NCBI GenBank assembly: GCA_041665085.1
Contig: JBAYJO010000004.1
Coordinates: 20,004-84,003 of the forward strand
Source: Patescibacteria group bacterium
GTDB taxonomy: Bacteria > Patescibacteriota > UBA1384 > JBAYJO01
DNA length: 64,000 nt
Reading direction: 5' to 3'
Positions 22,221-31,521 of the stretch are shown here, piece by piece. The notes beneath the pieces are model-generated. The model ran no database searches. It had not been told where the DNA came from and worked only from the letters and a program-made list of their open reading frames with translations. A program made the translations under genes and the position numbers. How positions within the stretch are numbered: the stretch's first letter is position 1; each line of letters opens with the position of its first letter.

Positions 22221-22535
22221 ATGGTAAAGAAAGTAATGCATAATTCAAAATTAAACAACAAAGAAAGAGCTATTTTGGCTGTTAAAAGAACCAATAAGCA
22301 TATTTATTGTGATATTGTAGATCAAAATACCGGTCTTGTTCTAGATTCTGCATCTGATGCTGATATTAAAACAGGTACAAAAACAGAAAAATCAGCTGAA
22401 GTAGGAAAACTTGTTGCAAATCTTGCTAAAGAGCATAATATTACAAAAGTAGTTTTTGATAGAAAAGGTTACAAATTTCATGGTCGAGTTAAAATGCTGG
22501 CAGACAGTGCTAGAAAAAATGGATTGGAGTTCTAA
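22221..22535 (+). CDS. rplR: 50S ribosomal protein L18
   Basis: RTNKHIY, VVFDRKGYKFHGRV, GLEF. Confidence 0.96.
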   Translation: MVKKVMHNSKLNNKERAILAVKRTNKHIYCDIVDQNTGLVLDSASDADIKTGTKTEKSAEVGKLVANLAKEHNITKVVFDRKGYKFHGRVKMLADSARKNGLEF

Positions 22536-23206
22536 TGGCTAATTATACCGCACAAGAAAAACAATTGCCGGAATTTGAAGAAAAAGTTTTAGAAATTAAT
22601 AGAATTTCAAGAACTGTTAAAGGTGGACGAAGATTAAGATTTCGTGCCTTAGTTTTGGTTGGAAATAGAAAAGGCAAAGTCGGTTTTGGTATAGCCAAAG
22701 CTTCAGAAGTTGTTGTTGCTATAAATAAAGCAAAAAAACAGGCTATGAAAAATATTATTTTAGTTCCAATTGTAAACGATACAATCCCACATCTAGTTAC
22801 AGCTTCGTTTGGTAGCTCGGATATATTACTTAAACCTGCTCCAGTTGGTACTTCATTAATTGCCGGCGGTTCGATCAGAAGCATTTTGGAAATTGCTGGA
22901 ATTAAAAATATTGTTTCAAAATCTCTTGGCAGCAATACTAAGATTAATGTTGTATCTGCAACATTTAAAGCAATTCTAGCATTAAAAATTGGCAACAATA
23001 CAAAAAAATCTGTCAAAGCAGAAGATGAAAAACAAAAAGAAATAAAATCTGAAGAAACTAAAGCTGAAGCAGTAAAGCCAATTAAAAAAGCTACAAATTC
23101 AACAGATAAAGAAAAATCAACCAAAGAAGTAAAAACAGAAAAATTATTACCAAAAGAGACTGCTGCGAAAAAACCTAAGGTTGAGAAAATAACCAAGAAA
23201 AAATAA
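22535..23206 (+). CDS. rpsE: 30S ribosomal protein S5 with long K/E-rich tail
   Basis: RISRTVKGGRRLRF, LKPAPVGT, KSLGS. Confidence 0.97.
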   Translation: MANYTAQEKQLPEFEEKVLEINRISRTVKGGRRLRFRALVLVGNRKGKVGFGIAKASEVVVAINKAKKQAMKNIILVPIVNDTIPHLVTASFGSSDILLKPAPVGTSLIAGGSIRSILEIAGIKNIVSKSLGSNTKINVVSATFKAILALKIGNNTKKSVKAEDEKQKEIKSEETKAEAVKPIKKATNSTDKEKSTKEVKTEKLLPKETAAKKPKVEKITKKK

Positions 23207-23217
23207 AAGGATTTGCA

Positions 23218-23646
23218 ATGAGAATAGATGAATTAAAACCATTTGATAAAAAGAAATCATCCAAAAGAGTTGGGCGAGGTATTGGTAGTGGTAAAGGAAA
23301 AACATCAACTCGTGGTATGAGTGGACAAAAATCCAGGTCAGGTTTTAATTTGTCGTGGAATTTTGAAGGCGGACAATCAACACTAGGATCTAGACTTCCT
23401 AAAAGAAGAGGAATTGGTTCATGTTTAAGAAAATATCAATCATTAAATATTAAACTTGTTGAAAGTAAATTTACAGAAAAAGAAGAAATAAATCCCGAAG
23501 CGCTTGTTTTAAAAGGATTAATTAAAAATACAAAACTACCAGTCAAAATTTTTGGTCAAACCGATAAAGTATATATTATTAAAAACTGTCGAGTTACAAA
23601 AAGTCTATTACAATTAGTAAAGGCAGAAGATGCTAAAAAAGCTTAG
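23218..23646 (+). CDS. rplO: 50S ribosomal protein L15
   Basis: RVGRGIGSGKGKT, FEGGQ, RLPKRRG. Confidence 0.96.
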   Translation: MRIDELKPFDKKKSSKRVGRGIGSGKGKTSTRGMSGQKSRSGFNLSWNFEGGQSTLGSRLPKRRGIGSCLRKYQSLNIKLVESKFTEKEEINPEALVLKGLIKNTKLPVKIFGQTDKVYIIKNCRVTKSLLQLVKAEDAKKA

Positions 23647-24898
23647 TCAAATTTTTTCATCTCCGGATCTAAGAAATAAAATTTTAGTTAGTCTTTTCAT
23701 CGTAGTAATTGCTCGTTTTTTGGCGCACATTCCAATGCCGGGGGTAAATACTGAAGAATTAAAAAATTTTTTTAGCAGAAACCAAATTTTTGGTTTTTTA
23801 AATATGTTTTCCGGCGGAGCAATGGAAAATTTTTCACTTATAATGATGGGTGTAGGTCCTTTTATTACAGCATCGATTATATTTCAACTTCTGCAAATGA
23901 TAGTTCCAAGTATTGAAGCTTTATCTAAAGAAGGTGAAAGAGGAAGGCAAAAAATAAATCAATGGACCAGATATGCTGCAGTTCCTCTTGCAATTATTCA
24001 AGCATTTGGCACAACAGCTCTTCTTAAAAATCAAGGAGTAATTACAAATCTTAGTGGATTGCCATTTATTACAATGCTTATTTCAGTAACAGCCGGCACA
24101 ATGCTTTTGATGTACTTGGGAGAAATTCTATCGGAAAAAGGTATTGGAAATGGAATGAGCATAATTATTGCAGTTGGAATTCTTTCCGGATACCCAATGA
24201 ATATTAGAAATACAGCCGCTGTCATTGGAACAGATAAAGCTTTGGGGTTAATATTATTTATAGCTATCTTAGTGGTTGTAATTGCTTTAATTGTAATAAT
24301 GAATGAAGGAGTTAGACAAATTCCTATTTCTTATGCTAGAAGAACAAGAGGAACTAAATCTTACGGCGGAGTAGATACTTATTTGCCTTTAAGAGTAAAT
24401 ACCGGTGGCGTTGTTCCAATAATTTTTGCCTTGTCGTTTATGCTTTTTCCGGGAATTATTGCAAAATTTTTTACAGCAGCCAGGTCGCCATGGCTTTCAG
24501 ATATGGCTTTCAAAGTTTCCGCCTTTTTTTCTAACAATACTTATTATGGAATCATCTATTTTATAGCAACAATAATATTTACCTATTTCTATGCAAGTAT
24601 TATTTTTAAGCCAACTGAAGTTGCGGAAAACCTTCAGAAACAAGGTGGCTTTATCCCAGGGATAAGACCTGGAACAGAAACAGCAAGTTTTCTTGCAAAA
24701 GTTTTAAATAGAATAACTTTTGTCGGTGCCTTGTTCCTTGGATTCATTGCTGTCTTGCCATTTATAGTTCAGTCTTTAACGCAAATCAACACAATTGTTA
24801 TCGGCGGTACTGGAATGCTGATTATTGTAAGCGTGATTATTGAAACCTCAAGACAAATTAAAGCGCAGCTATTAATGCGAACATACGATACATATTAA
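23630..24898 (+). CDS. secY: Preprotein translocase SecY
   Basis: GVGPFITASII, GIGNGMSIII, FIPGIRPG, GGTGMLIIV; multiple TM segments. Confidence 0.98.
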   Translation: MLKKLSQIFSSPDLRNKILVSLFIVVIARFLAHIPMPGVNTEELKNFFSRNQIFGFLNMFSGGAMENFSLIMMGVGPFITASIIFQLLQMIVPSIEALSKEGERGRQKINQWTRYAAVPLAIIQAFGTTALLKNQGVITNLSGLPFITMLISVTAGTMLLMYLGEILSEKGIGNGMSIIIAVGILSGYPMNIRNTAAVIGTDKALGLILFIAILVVVIALIVIMNEGVRQIPISYARRTRGTKSYGGVDTYLPLRVNTGGVVPIIFALSFMLFPGIIAKFFTAARSPWLSDMAFKVSAFFSNNTYYGIIYFIATIIFTYFYASIIFKPTEVAENLQKQGGFIPGIRPGTETASFLAKVLNRITFVGALFLGFIAVLPFIVQSLTQINTIVIGGTGMLIIVSVIIETSRQIKAQLLMRTYDTY

Positions 24899-24967
24899 GT
24901 CATTCTTGATTGCTGCTGTTGTCTAAAAAAATATTCCCGATATAATATAAAGGAAAAGGAATATTAA

Positions 24968-25696
24968 ATGAAAAAACCAATTTTAACTCTTTTGATAATT
25001 ATTATTGCGGGCTTAACTGTCAGTACTAGCTATTTTTATAATCAGTCGAAAAAATCGCCAAATACAAATACTGGATTAACAAATATCACACCTGATCAAA
25101 CTGAAAACGAAAATATAAATCAATCCTTATCAAATATAAATACTAATACAAATAGTTTAAATCAAAATTCTAATACAAATATATCTACTGACGGTGAAGT
25201 TTCTCCAGCTGTAAATAAAAATCGTGCCTCAAATCCGGAAAAAACATATCAAGTAAAATCAGGTGAAACTTTATATCCGATTGGTTTAAAATTCAATTTA
25301 GATTGGAACTATATCGCCCGCGCCAATGGACTTGAAGATTCCAATAGTATTAAAGCTAATTCAGTATTGGTTATTCCGATTTATGATACTGATTCTAAAA
25401 AACTATCAGTCAATTATTCAGTTGATCAAGCTAAAGCAGATGAACTTCAAAAAAATATTTCAACTGGAAAAGAAACATGGAGACTTGATCCGATTGAAGT
25501 TGCAAAAAAAGAATCATATCCTTGTTTCGGTTTTAGTAGTAATGATACATACACTTTAGCGAGCAAAAGTGAAGAAAAAGGAATCGCTCAAATTAGTGTA
25601 GTTAAAAATAATATTAGTTATGAAATAGGGCTTACAGAGCCAGCAACAAAAGGAGCAGATGGTATTTGGACAATAAGTTATATAAAGGAAATATAA
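24968..25696 (+). CDS. Membrane-anchored LysM-domain protein
   Basis: N-terminal TM helix, N/T-rich linker, YQVKSGETLYPIGLKF..IARANGL..IKANSVLVIP; upstream TTGTCT-16-TATAAT (24919-24946). Confidence 0.85.
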   Translation: MKKPILTLLIIIIAGLTVSTSYFYNQSKKSPNTNTGLTNITPDQTENENINQSLSNINTNTNSLNQNSNTNISTDGEVSPAVNKNRASNPEKTYQVKSGETLYPIGLKFNLDWNYIARANGLEDSNSIKANSVLVIPIYDTDSKKLSVNYSVDQAKADELQKNISTGKETWRLDPIEVAKKESYPCFGFSSNDTYTLASKSEEKGIAQISVVKNNISYEIGLTEPATKGADGIWTISYIKEI

Positions 25697-26334
25697 TGGT
25701 AAAAGATTTAATAATATTAATCGGACCGCCAGCATCAGGCAAAGGAACTCAAGGAAAAATAATTTCAGATCACATTAAGTATGAATATTTTGCTATGAGC
25801 CAAGCTATTGATGAATTTATTGAGGCAAATCCAAGCAGAAAAGACGAAATTAGATCATTTATTAATTCGGGACAATTAGTTCCAGATTCTACAATTGAAG
25901 AAATAATTGCCTATAAATTTTCTAATTCCGAATCAGGTGTTGTAACAGATGGTTTTCCTCGAACAATTGAACAAGCAAAATTTTTAGATAAAAATTTTAA
26001 TGATATAACAAAGCGCGTTTTTTATTTAAATTTAAAGGATGATTCAGTTATTTCAAGAATCGAAGGAAGACGAGTCTGCTCCAGCTGTAATAACATTTTT
26101 TTTCCTCCCGAAAGCCTAACTCTTGCTAACTGTCCTCAATGCAACGGTAAAATTATTCAAAGACTCGATGATAATATTGAAACTGTAAAAATAAGACTGC
26201 AAAAATATCACGAAGAAACTGAACCTTTAATCGAATATTACAAAGAGCAAGACAAATTAATCAAAATTGACGCAGAACCTTCAATCGAACAAATTACAGA
26301 AAATATTTTGGATTATTTGGAAAATGCTAAATAA
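25696..26334 (+). CDS. adk: Adenylate kinase with zinc LID
   Basis: GPPASGKGTQ, DGFPRT, CSSC..CPQC; start moved to MVKDL. Confidence 0.95.
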   Translation: MVKDLIILIGPPASGKGTQGKIISDHIKYEYFAMSQAIDEFIEANPSRKDEIRSFINSGQLVPDSTIEEIIAYKFSNSESGVVTDGFPRTIEQAKFLDKNFNDITKRVFYLNLKDDSVISRIEGRRVCSSCNNIFFPPESLTLANCPQCNGKIIQRLDDNIETVKIRLQKYHEETEPLIEYYKEQDKLIKIDAEPSIEQITENILDYLENAK

Positions 26335-27064
26335 AGATAAATACAAATCAATGAAAACAGGCGGCAAATATCTTGCCGAGATTTTAAGTATCTTATCAGA
26401 AAAAATAAAACCAAATATTAGTACTCAAGATATCGAAAATTGGACCATTGAATTTCTTAAGAAAAATGATATTAAATCTGCATTTCTCGGATTTGGCGGC
26501 TATCCAAAAAATATTTGTGTATCGATAAATGATGAAATTGTTCATGGAGTACCAAATTCAAATAAAATAATCCATGATGGAGATTTAGTCTCGCTTGATA
26601 TGGGAATTAATTATAATGGTTACATGACAGATATGGCAACAACTGTTGCTGTTGGAAAAATAACAGATGAGGAAAAAAGACTGCTTGAAGGAACTGAAAT
26701 GGCCCTAACTCGTGTCATATCAGAAATAAAAACAGGTGATAGAGTTGGTAAAATAGGCCAAATTATTGCTCAAACAGCAAAAGAATATAACTTAAAAATA
26801 ATTTATGAATTAACAGGCCACGGAGTCGGTAAAAAATTACACGAAGATCCGATTGTTTACAATTATGGCAATGAAAACAACGGACCGATTCTTAATGAGG
26901 GCGCTACAATTGCAATTGAGCCTATGTTTTCACTTGGAAGTTCCAAAATTATTACCAAATCTGACAAATGGACTTATTCAACTCAAGACGGTTCAAAAGC
27001 AGCGCATTTTGAAAAAACCATTATGTTTATGAAAAATGGAGTGGAAGTTTTAACTAAAATGTAG
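26324..27064 (+). CDS. map: Methionine aminopeptidase type I
   Basis: CVSINDEIVHG, GHGVG..HEDP, IAIEPM, AAHFE. Confidence 0.96.
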   Translation: MLNKDKYKSMKTGGKYLAEILSILSEKIKPNISTQDIENWTIEFLKKNDIKSAFLGFGGYPKNICVSINDEIVHGVPNSNKIIHDGDLVSLDMGINYNGYMTDMATTVAVGKITDEEKRLLEGTEMALTRVISEIKTGDRVGKIGQIIAQTAKEYNLKIIYELTGHGVGKKLHEDPIVYNYGNENNGPILNEGATIAIEPMFSLGSSKIITKSDKWTYSTQDGSKAAHFEKTIMFMKNGVEVLTKM

Positions 27065-27100
27065 TTTAATAATAATGTAATATAATTAATAGGAGGCAGT

Positions 27101-27277
27101 ATGACATGTAGTACATGTGGCAAAGAAATTACAGAGGAAACTAAGTGTAGTTGCGATGAGACAAAGTGTAGCGATTGTTGCGAATGTGAAGAAGGATGCA
27201 GTTGTGGATGTAAAGACAAGAAGAACGAATCAGCTGAAACAGAAGAAGACACAGAAGAGTCAGACGAAACAGAATAA
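27101..27277 (+). CDS. Metallothionein-like small Cys-rich protein (58 aa, absent from the ORF track)
   Basis: SD AGGAGG 27091-27096; MTCSTCGKEITEETKCSCDETKCSDCCECEEGCSCGCKDKKNESAETEEDTEESDETE; 11 Cys; downstream hairpin. Confidence 0.8.
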   Translation: MTCSTCGKEITEETKCSCDETKCSDCCECEEGCSCGCKDKKNESAETEEDTEESDETE

Positions 27278-27293
27278 AGAAATTTAACAATAA

Positions 27294-27345
27294 ATACACT
27301 CAAACAGGCCCTATTTAACCAAATTGGGGCTATGTTTGAGTGTAT
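27294..27345 (+). terminator. Long hairpin after the metallothionein-like gene
   Basis: ATACACTCAAACA...TGTTTGAGTGTAT 13-bp outer stem plus inner GCCC/GGGC. Confidence 0.65.
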
Positions 27346-27390
27346 AAATTGAAAAAGAGATAAAATAGAGCAAATGAACCATAAAAACAC

Positions 27391-27419
27391 TTGCACAAAT
27401 TCAAAGCATATGATAATAT
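27391..27419 (+). promoter_or_regulatory. Promoter for infA-rpmJ-alpha cluster
   Basis: TTGCAC-17nt-TAATAT with TG extension. Confidence 0.55.
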
Positions 27420-27432
27420 ATAAATACAATTA

Positions 27433-27645
27433 ATGAAAAAAGATTTTATTGAGTTAACAGGTTTGGTTACCGAGGCATTGCCAAATGCTATGTTTCGAGT
27501 TGAGCTTGAAAACAAAGAAATAATAATCGGCCATATTTCCGGTAAAATGCGATTGCATAGCATTCGAATCTTACCTGGCGATAAGGTATTAGTAGAGCTA
27601 ACCCCCTATGACTTGTCAAAGGGAAGAATAACTCGAAGATTATAA
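27433..27645 (+). CDS. infA: Translation initiation factor IF-1
   Basis: [28 protein letters not shown]. Confidence 0.98.
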   Translation: MKKDFIELTGLVTEALPNAMFRVELENKEIIIGHISGKMRLHSIRILPGDKVLVELTPYDLSKGRITRRL

Positions 27646-27699
27646 TTCTATTTAAAAGTATCAATATAAAGATAAAGCAACAACTATCAGGAAGGCGCA

Positions 27700-27813
27700 A
27701 TGAAAGTTTCTGCATCTGCTAAAAAAATTTGTTTAAAATGTAAGATAATAAAACGCAAACGAATTGTTCGCGTTATTTGTGAAAATCCAAAACATAAACA
27801 GAGACAAGGATAA
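27700..27813 (+). CDS. rpmJ: 50S ribosomal protein L36 (below ORF cutoff)
   Basis: [37 protein letters not shown]. Confidence 0.97.
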   Translation: MKVSASAKKICLKCKIIKRKRIVRVICENPKHKQRQG

Positions 27814-27814
27814 A

Positions 27815-28201
27815 ATGGCAAGAATTGCAGGTTTAAATATTGATGACAAAAAAAGAATTCCTTATGGTCTGGCTTTAATATACGGAATAGGAATAGCTAA
27901 AGGTAAAGAAATTTGTCAAAGATTAAAAATAAGTGAATCATTAAAATTTTCTGATTTAACTGAAGCGGAAATAGACAAAATTCGAAGTTTTATTGATAAG
28001 AATTATAAAATAGAAGGTGATCTAAGAACAGAAATTACTCAAAATGTAAAAAGATTAAAAGAAATTAGTGCATATAGAGGTGTTAGACATATTAAAAATT
28101 TACCGGTAAGAGGACAAAGAACAAAAACAAATGCTAGAACCAAAAGAGGAAGAAAAGTAACTGTTGGTTCGGGTAGAAAAAAAGCAGCTGAAAAGACATA
28201 A
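27815..28201 (+). CDS. rpsM: 30S ribosomal protein S13
   Basis: Start moved to MARIAG; YRGVRH..LPVRGQRTKTNART. Confidence 0.98.
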   Translation: MARIAGLNIDDKKRIPYGLALIYGIGIAKGKEICQRLKISESLKFSDLTEAEIDKIRSFIDKNYKIEGDLRTEITQNVKRLKEISAYRGVRHIKNLPVRGQRTKTNARTKRGRKVTVGSGRKKAAEKT

Positions 28202-28256
28202 GCTATAAACAACTTTATGAACTTTACAGACTTTATAAACTTTTAACTAATATATT

Positions 28257-28655
28257 ATGGCCAAAGCAGTAAAAAATACAACAAAAACCAAGAAAAAAGT
28301 AATTAAATCATTTGAACATGGTAGAATTTATATTCAATCAAGTTTTAATAATACAATTATTTCTTTTACCGACCAAGACGGAAATGTTATTAACTGGACA
28401 AGTGCCGGCAAAGAAGGTTTTAAAGGATCGCGAAGATCCACCCCGTATGCTGCTCAAGTTTCAGCCAAGAAATTATATGGCTTATTTGAAATTCACGGAG
28501 TTAGATCACTTGATGTTTTTGTTTCCGGAGTCGGAACTGGCCGAGAATCTGCAGTTAGAGCATTACAAGGTATGAATGTTGAAATTAAAAGCATAAAAGA
28601 CACTACACCGGTTCCGCATAATGGTTGTAGAGCTAAAAAGATTAGAAGAGTCTAA
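28257..28655 (+). CDS. rpsK: 30S ribosomal protein S11
   Basis: SFNNTI, GFKGSRRSTPYAAQ, PVPHNGCR. Confidence 0.98.
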   Translation: MAKAVKNTTKTKKKVIKSFEHGRIYIQSSFNNTIISFTDQDGNVINWTSAGKEGFKGSRRSTPYAAQVSAKKLYGLFEIHGVRSLDVFVSGVGTGRESAVRALQGMNVEIKSIKDTTPVPHNGCRAKKIRRV

Positions 28656-28663
28656 GGAGATTA

Positions 28664-29254
28664 ATGGTCAAGCAAAACGTTTGTAAAAAATGTAGAAGAG
28701 AAAGTATTAAGCTTTTCTTAAAAGGTGAAAGATGCAATGGCGCTAAATGCGCGGTAGCTAGAAGGATTGATTCAAAGAAAACTACTACCGGACGAAGAGG
28801 ACTTGTTTCTTCTGAATATGGTCATCAATTAAGAGAAAAACAAAAAGTTAAATCAATTTATGGTATTTCTGAAAAACAACTTGTTATAATTTTTAAAAAA
28901 TCTCTTAAAGCAGAAGGTAATACTTCAGAACTTGTATTGCAGCATCTTGAAAGAAGACTAGATAATATTGTTTATAGGCTTGGATTTGGAAAATCAAGAG
29001 CAGAAGCAAAGCAGATGGTCTCGCATGGACATATTAAAGTTAATAAAAAGAAAGTAAATATTTCTTCATATGAACTTTCTGTCGATGATACAATTTCGCT
29101 TGGAACAAAATTTGAATTAGTGGAAGCAGAAACCCCAGATTGGTTAAAAATTGATAAAAAAAATAAAGAGGGCAAAGTCCTCGAACTGCCAACAAGGGAA
29201 CAGATCCCAAGTGAGGTAGAAGAACAATTAATAATTGAATTTTACTCTAGATAG
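28664..29254 (+). CDS. rpsD: 30S ribosomal protein S4
   Basis: CKKCRRE..C..C, QLREKQK, LERRLDN, IIEFYSR. Confidence 0.97.
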   Translation: MVKQNVCKKCRRESIKLFLKGERCNGAKCAVARRIDSKKTTTGRRGLVSSEYGHQLREKQKVKSIYGISEKQLVIIFKKSLKAEGNTSELVLQHLERRLDNIVYRLGFGKSRAEAKQMVSHGHIKVNKKKVNISSYELSVDDTISLGTKFELVEAETPDWLKIDKKNKEGKVLELPTREQIPSEVEEQLIIEFYSR

Positions 29255-29273
29255 ATAGAGAGGAGAAAGAAAT

Positions 29274-30179
29274 ATGTCGCAATTTACATTACCAGAAACA
29301 GCATTGATGAAGTACGAACAAACAAAAAGAGAAGGAAATTCAGCAACTTTTGAAATTGAGCCGTTGTCTCCAGGATTTGGTGTTACAATAGGAAATGCTT
29401 TGAGAAGAGTTCTCCTGTCATCACTTGAAGGTGCAGCTATTTCAGCTGTAAAATTTGAAGAAGCAAATCATGAATTTTCAACAATTGCAGGTATTAAAGA
29501 AGATATTGTTGAAATAATTTTGAATCTTAAAAAAGTAAACCTTAAATTACATGGGGATGAAAAAACCATTTTATCGCTAAGTGCAAAAGGACCAAAAGAA
29601 ATTAAAGCATCTGATTTTACTGCTAATGCTTTAGTAGAAATAACAAACCCAAATCAACATATTGCAACTTTAGATAAAGGTGCAAAGCTTGAAATGGAAG
29701 TAGTTGTTGAAAAAGGCCGCGGATATGCTCCGGTAGAAAAAAGAGTTGATGAAAAATTACCTCTTGGAAATATTGCAATTGATTGTATTTTTTCACCTGT
29801 AACTCGAGTTAATTTCAATGTTGAAAATACTCGTGTTGGAGGCATGACAAACTTTGATAAACTGACACTAGAAATTATTACTAATGGAATTATCGATCCT
29901 GAAGATGCATTAAAACAAGCAGCAAGAATATTGGTTGAACATTATGGATTAATTTCAGGTGATTTGGTTGTTGAAGAAGAATCTCTTGAAGTACTTGAAG
30001 ACGAACAAATGAATAGTGAGCAAGAAATTGAAAAAGCAATTGAAGAAGATTTAAAACCTGTTAAAAAAACAAGAAAATCAAAAACAGAATCAGACGAAAA
30101 ATCGGAAAAAGCATCAGAAGCAGAATCAGTTGTAGCCAAGCCTGTTAAGAAGTCTAAATCTAAATCAGAGGATAAATAA
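29274..30179 (+). CDS. rpoA: RNA polymerase alpha subunit (alpha-CTD apparently replaced by a charged tail)
   Basis: EPLSPGFGVTIGNALRRVLLSS, HEFSTI.GIKED, FSPV, ENTRVG. Confidence 0.97.
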   Translation: MSQFTLPETALMKYEQTKREGNSATFEIEPLSPGFGVTIGNALRRVLLSSLEGAAISAVKFEEANHEFSTIAGIKEDIVEIILNLKKVNLKLHGDEKTILSLSAKGPKEIKASDFTANALVEITNPNQHIATLDKGAKLEMEVVVEKGRGYAPVEKRVDEKLPLGNIAIDCIFSPVTRVNFNVENTRVGGMTNFDKLTLEIITNGIIDPEDALKQAARILVEHYGLISGDLVVEEESLEVLEDEQMNSEQEIEKAIEEDLKPVKKTRKSKTESDEKSEKASEAESVVAKPVKKSKSKSEDK

Positions 30180-30658
30180 TGCGTAAGTTAGGAAGAAAAA
30201 AAGCAAATCGAAATCATTTGGTAAGAAATTTGCTTACTTCTATTATATTATACGAAAAAGTTGTAACAACTGAAGCAAAGGCAAAAACCATAAAAAGTGA
30301 GATTGATAGAATAATTACAAAAGCAAAGAAAAATGATCTTGCAGCCAGAAGATATGTTGCCAAAATATTATTTGATATGAATGCAGTTAAAAAAACCATG
30401 GAAGTTTTAGCTCCAAGATATATTAACAGAACAAGCGGTTATACTCAAATTTACAAATTAGGTCAAAGAGTTGGCGATGGGGCACCAAAATATCAAATCA
30501 ACTTAATTCAGGAAGAAGCTGCAAAGAAAGAAACCGGAAAAGCTTCAAAAGATAAAAAAACAGAAAAAAAGACAGAAAATCAAGTTGAAAGTAAGAGTAT
30601 TGAAAAAGAAGAAATTATTGAAAATGTAGAAGAAAAGGAAAGCAATGGCAGAGAATAA
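30179..30658 (+). CDS. rplQ: 50S ribosomal protein L17 with K/E-rich tail
   Basis: RKLGR, TTEAKAK, RTSGYT, RVGDGA. Confidence 0.96.
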   Translation: MRKLGRKKANRNHLVRNLLTSIILYEKVVTTEAKAKTIKSEIDRIITKAKKNDLAARRYVAKILFDMNAVKKTMEVLAPRYINRTSGYTQIYKLGQRVGDGAPKYQINLIQEEAAKKETGKASKDKKTEKKTENQVESKSIEKEEIIENVEEKESNGRE

Positions 30659-31004
30659 TAAAACAATTGAAATTGATGCCGCAGGACAGGTGCTAGGTAG
30701 ACTTGCAACTGAAGTTGCATCTCTTTTGCGCGGTAAAAATTTAGTTGATTTTGCACCTAATAAACTTTCAGGTGTTAAGGTTGTAATTAAAAACGCAGAA
30801 AAAATCAGATTAACAGGAAATAAGATTGAAGATAAAAAATACCAAAGACATACCGGTTATATTGGAAATCTTAAAACCAAAACATTAAAAGTCATGATAG
30901 AAAAACCTGAATTTGTAATTAATCACGCAGTTTCTGGTATGCTTCCAAAAAATAGACTTCAAAAAGAATGGATGAAAAATTTAACTATACTTAAAGGTGA
31001 ATAA
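30645..31004 (+). CDS. rplM: 50S ribosomal protein L13 (short)
   Basis: IDAAGQVLGRLAT, LRGK, HTGYIG, GMLPKN. Confidence 0.96.
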   Translation: MAENNKTIEIDAAGQVLGRLATEVASLLRGKNLVDFAPNKLSGVKVVIKNAEKIRLTGNKIEDKKYQRHTGYIGNLKTKTLKVMIEKPEFVINHAVSGMLPKNRLQKEWMKNLTILKGE

Positions 31005-31006
31005 AT

Positions 31007-31390
31007 ATGGCCAAAACTGCTGAAAATAAATATTATTATGGTACAGGACGAAGAAAAACCGCAATTGCTCGAGTAAGAGTTATGCCGGGAAAAGGAATGC
31101 TTACAATCAATGGAAAATTGATTGAAGAAGTTGAAGATATTTATTTTTCACCTATGAAAACCTGCAATTTAACTGGTTTTGATATTTCAGCTATTACTAA
31201 TGGTGGCGGTATTGTTTCACAAAAAGAAGCAGTTAGACTTGGTGTTAGCCGCGCTCTTGTTGCGCTAAATCCTGAAAATAAAGCTATTTTAAGAAAACTT
31301 GGATTCATGACTCGTGATTCACGAGAAAAAGAACGAAAGAAACCTGGACTCAAACGAGCAAGACGCGCTCCTCAATTTGCCAAGCGTTAA
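31007..31390 (+). CDS. rpsI: 30S ribosomal protein S9
   Basis: GTGRRKTAIARV, ERKKPGLKRARRAPQFAKR. Confidence 0.98.
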   Translation: MAKTAENKYYYGTGRRKTAIARVRVMPGKGMLTINGKLIEEVEDIYFSPMKTCNLTGFDISAITNGGGIVSQKEAVRLGVSRALVALNPENKAILRKLGFMTRDSREKERKKPGLKRARRAPQFAKR

Positions 31391-31394
31391 GAGA

Positions 31395-31520
31395 TAATTC
31401 AAAATTTAAATCTAAAAAATTAAATCCACAACTAAAAAGCTGTAAGGCAAAAATAATATTTGGAAATAAAGTTTTAAATTTTAAATTGTGGTTTTAATTT
31501 ATTACTTTTTAACTTTAAGT
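31395..31520. repeat. AT-rich imperfect inverted-repeat intergenic element
   Basis: AAATTAAATCCACAA...TTGTGGTTTTAATTT with flanking short repeats. Confidence 0.45.
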
Positions 31521-31521
31521 T

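Noticed and set aside
14151-23196. Long antisense ORFs over tuf/rpsJ, rpsC and rpsE, and similar ones over rpoBC, hsdR and ABC-F
   Set aside because: Shadows of highly conserved genes caused by codon bias; no SD or recognisable motifs
23206-23218. Missing rpmD (L30) as a novelty
   Set aside because: Loss of L30 is an established CPR trait; used only as a taxonomic clue
26983-27429. 148-aa minus-strand ORF between map and infA
   Set aside because: Antisense shadow of the SD-supported Cys-rich plus-strand gene; overlaps map
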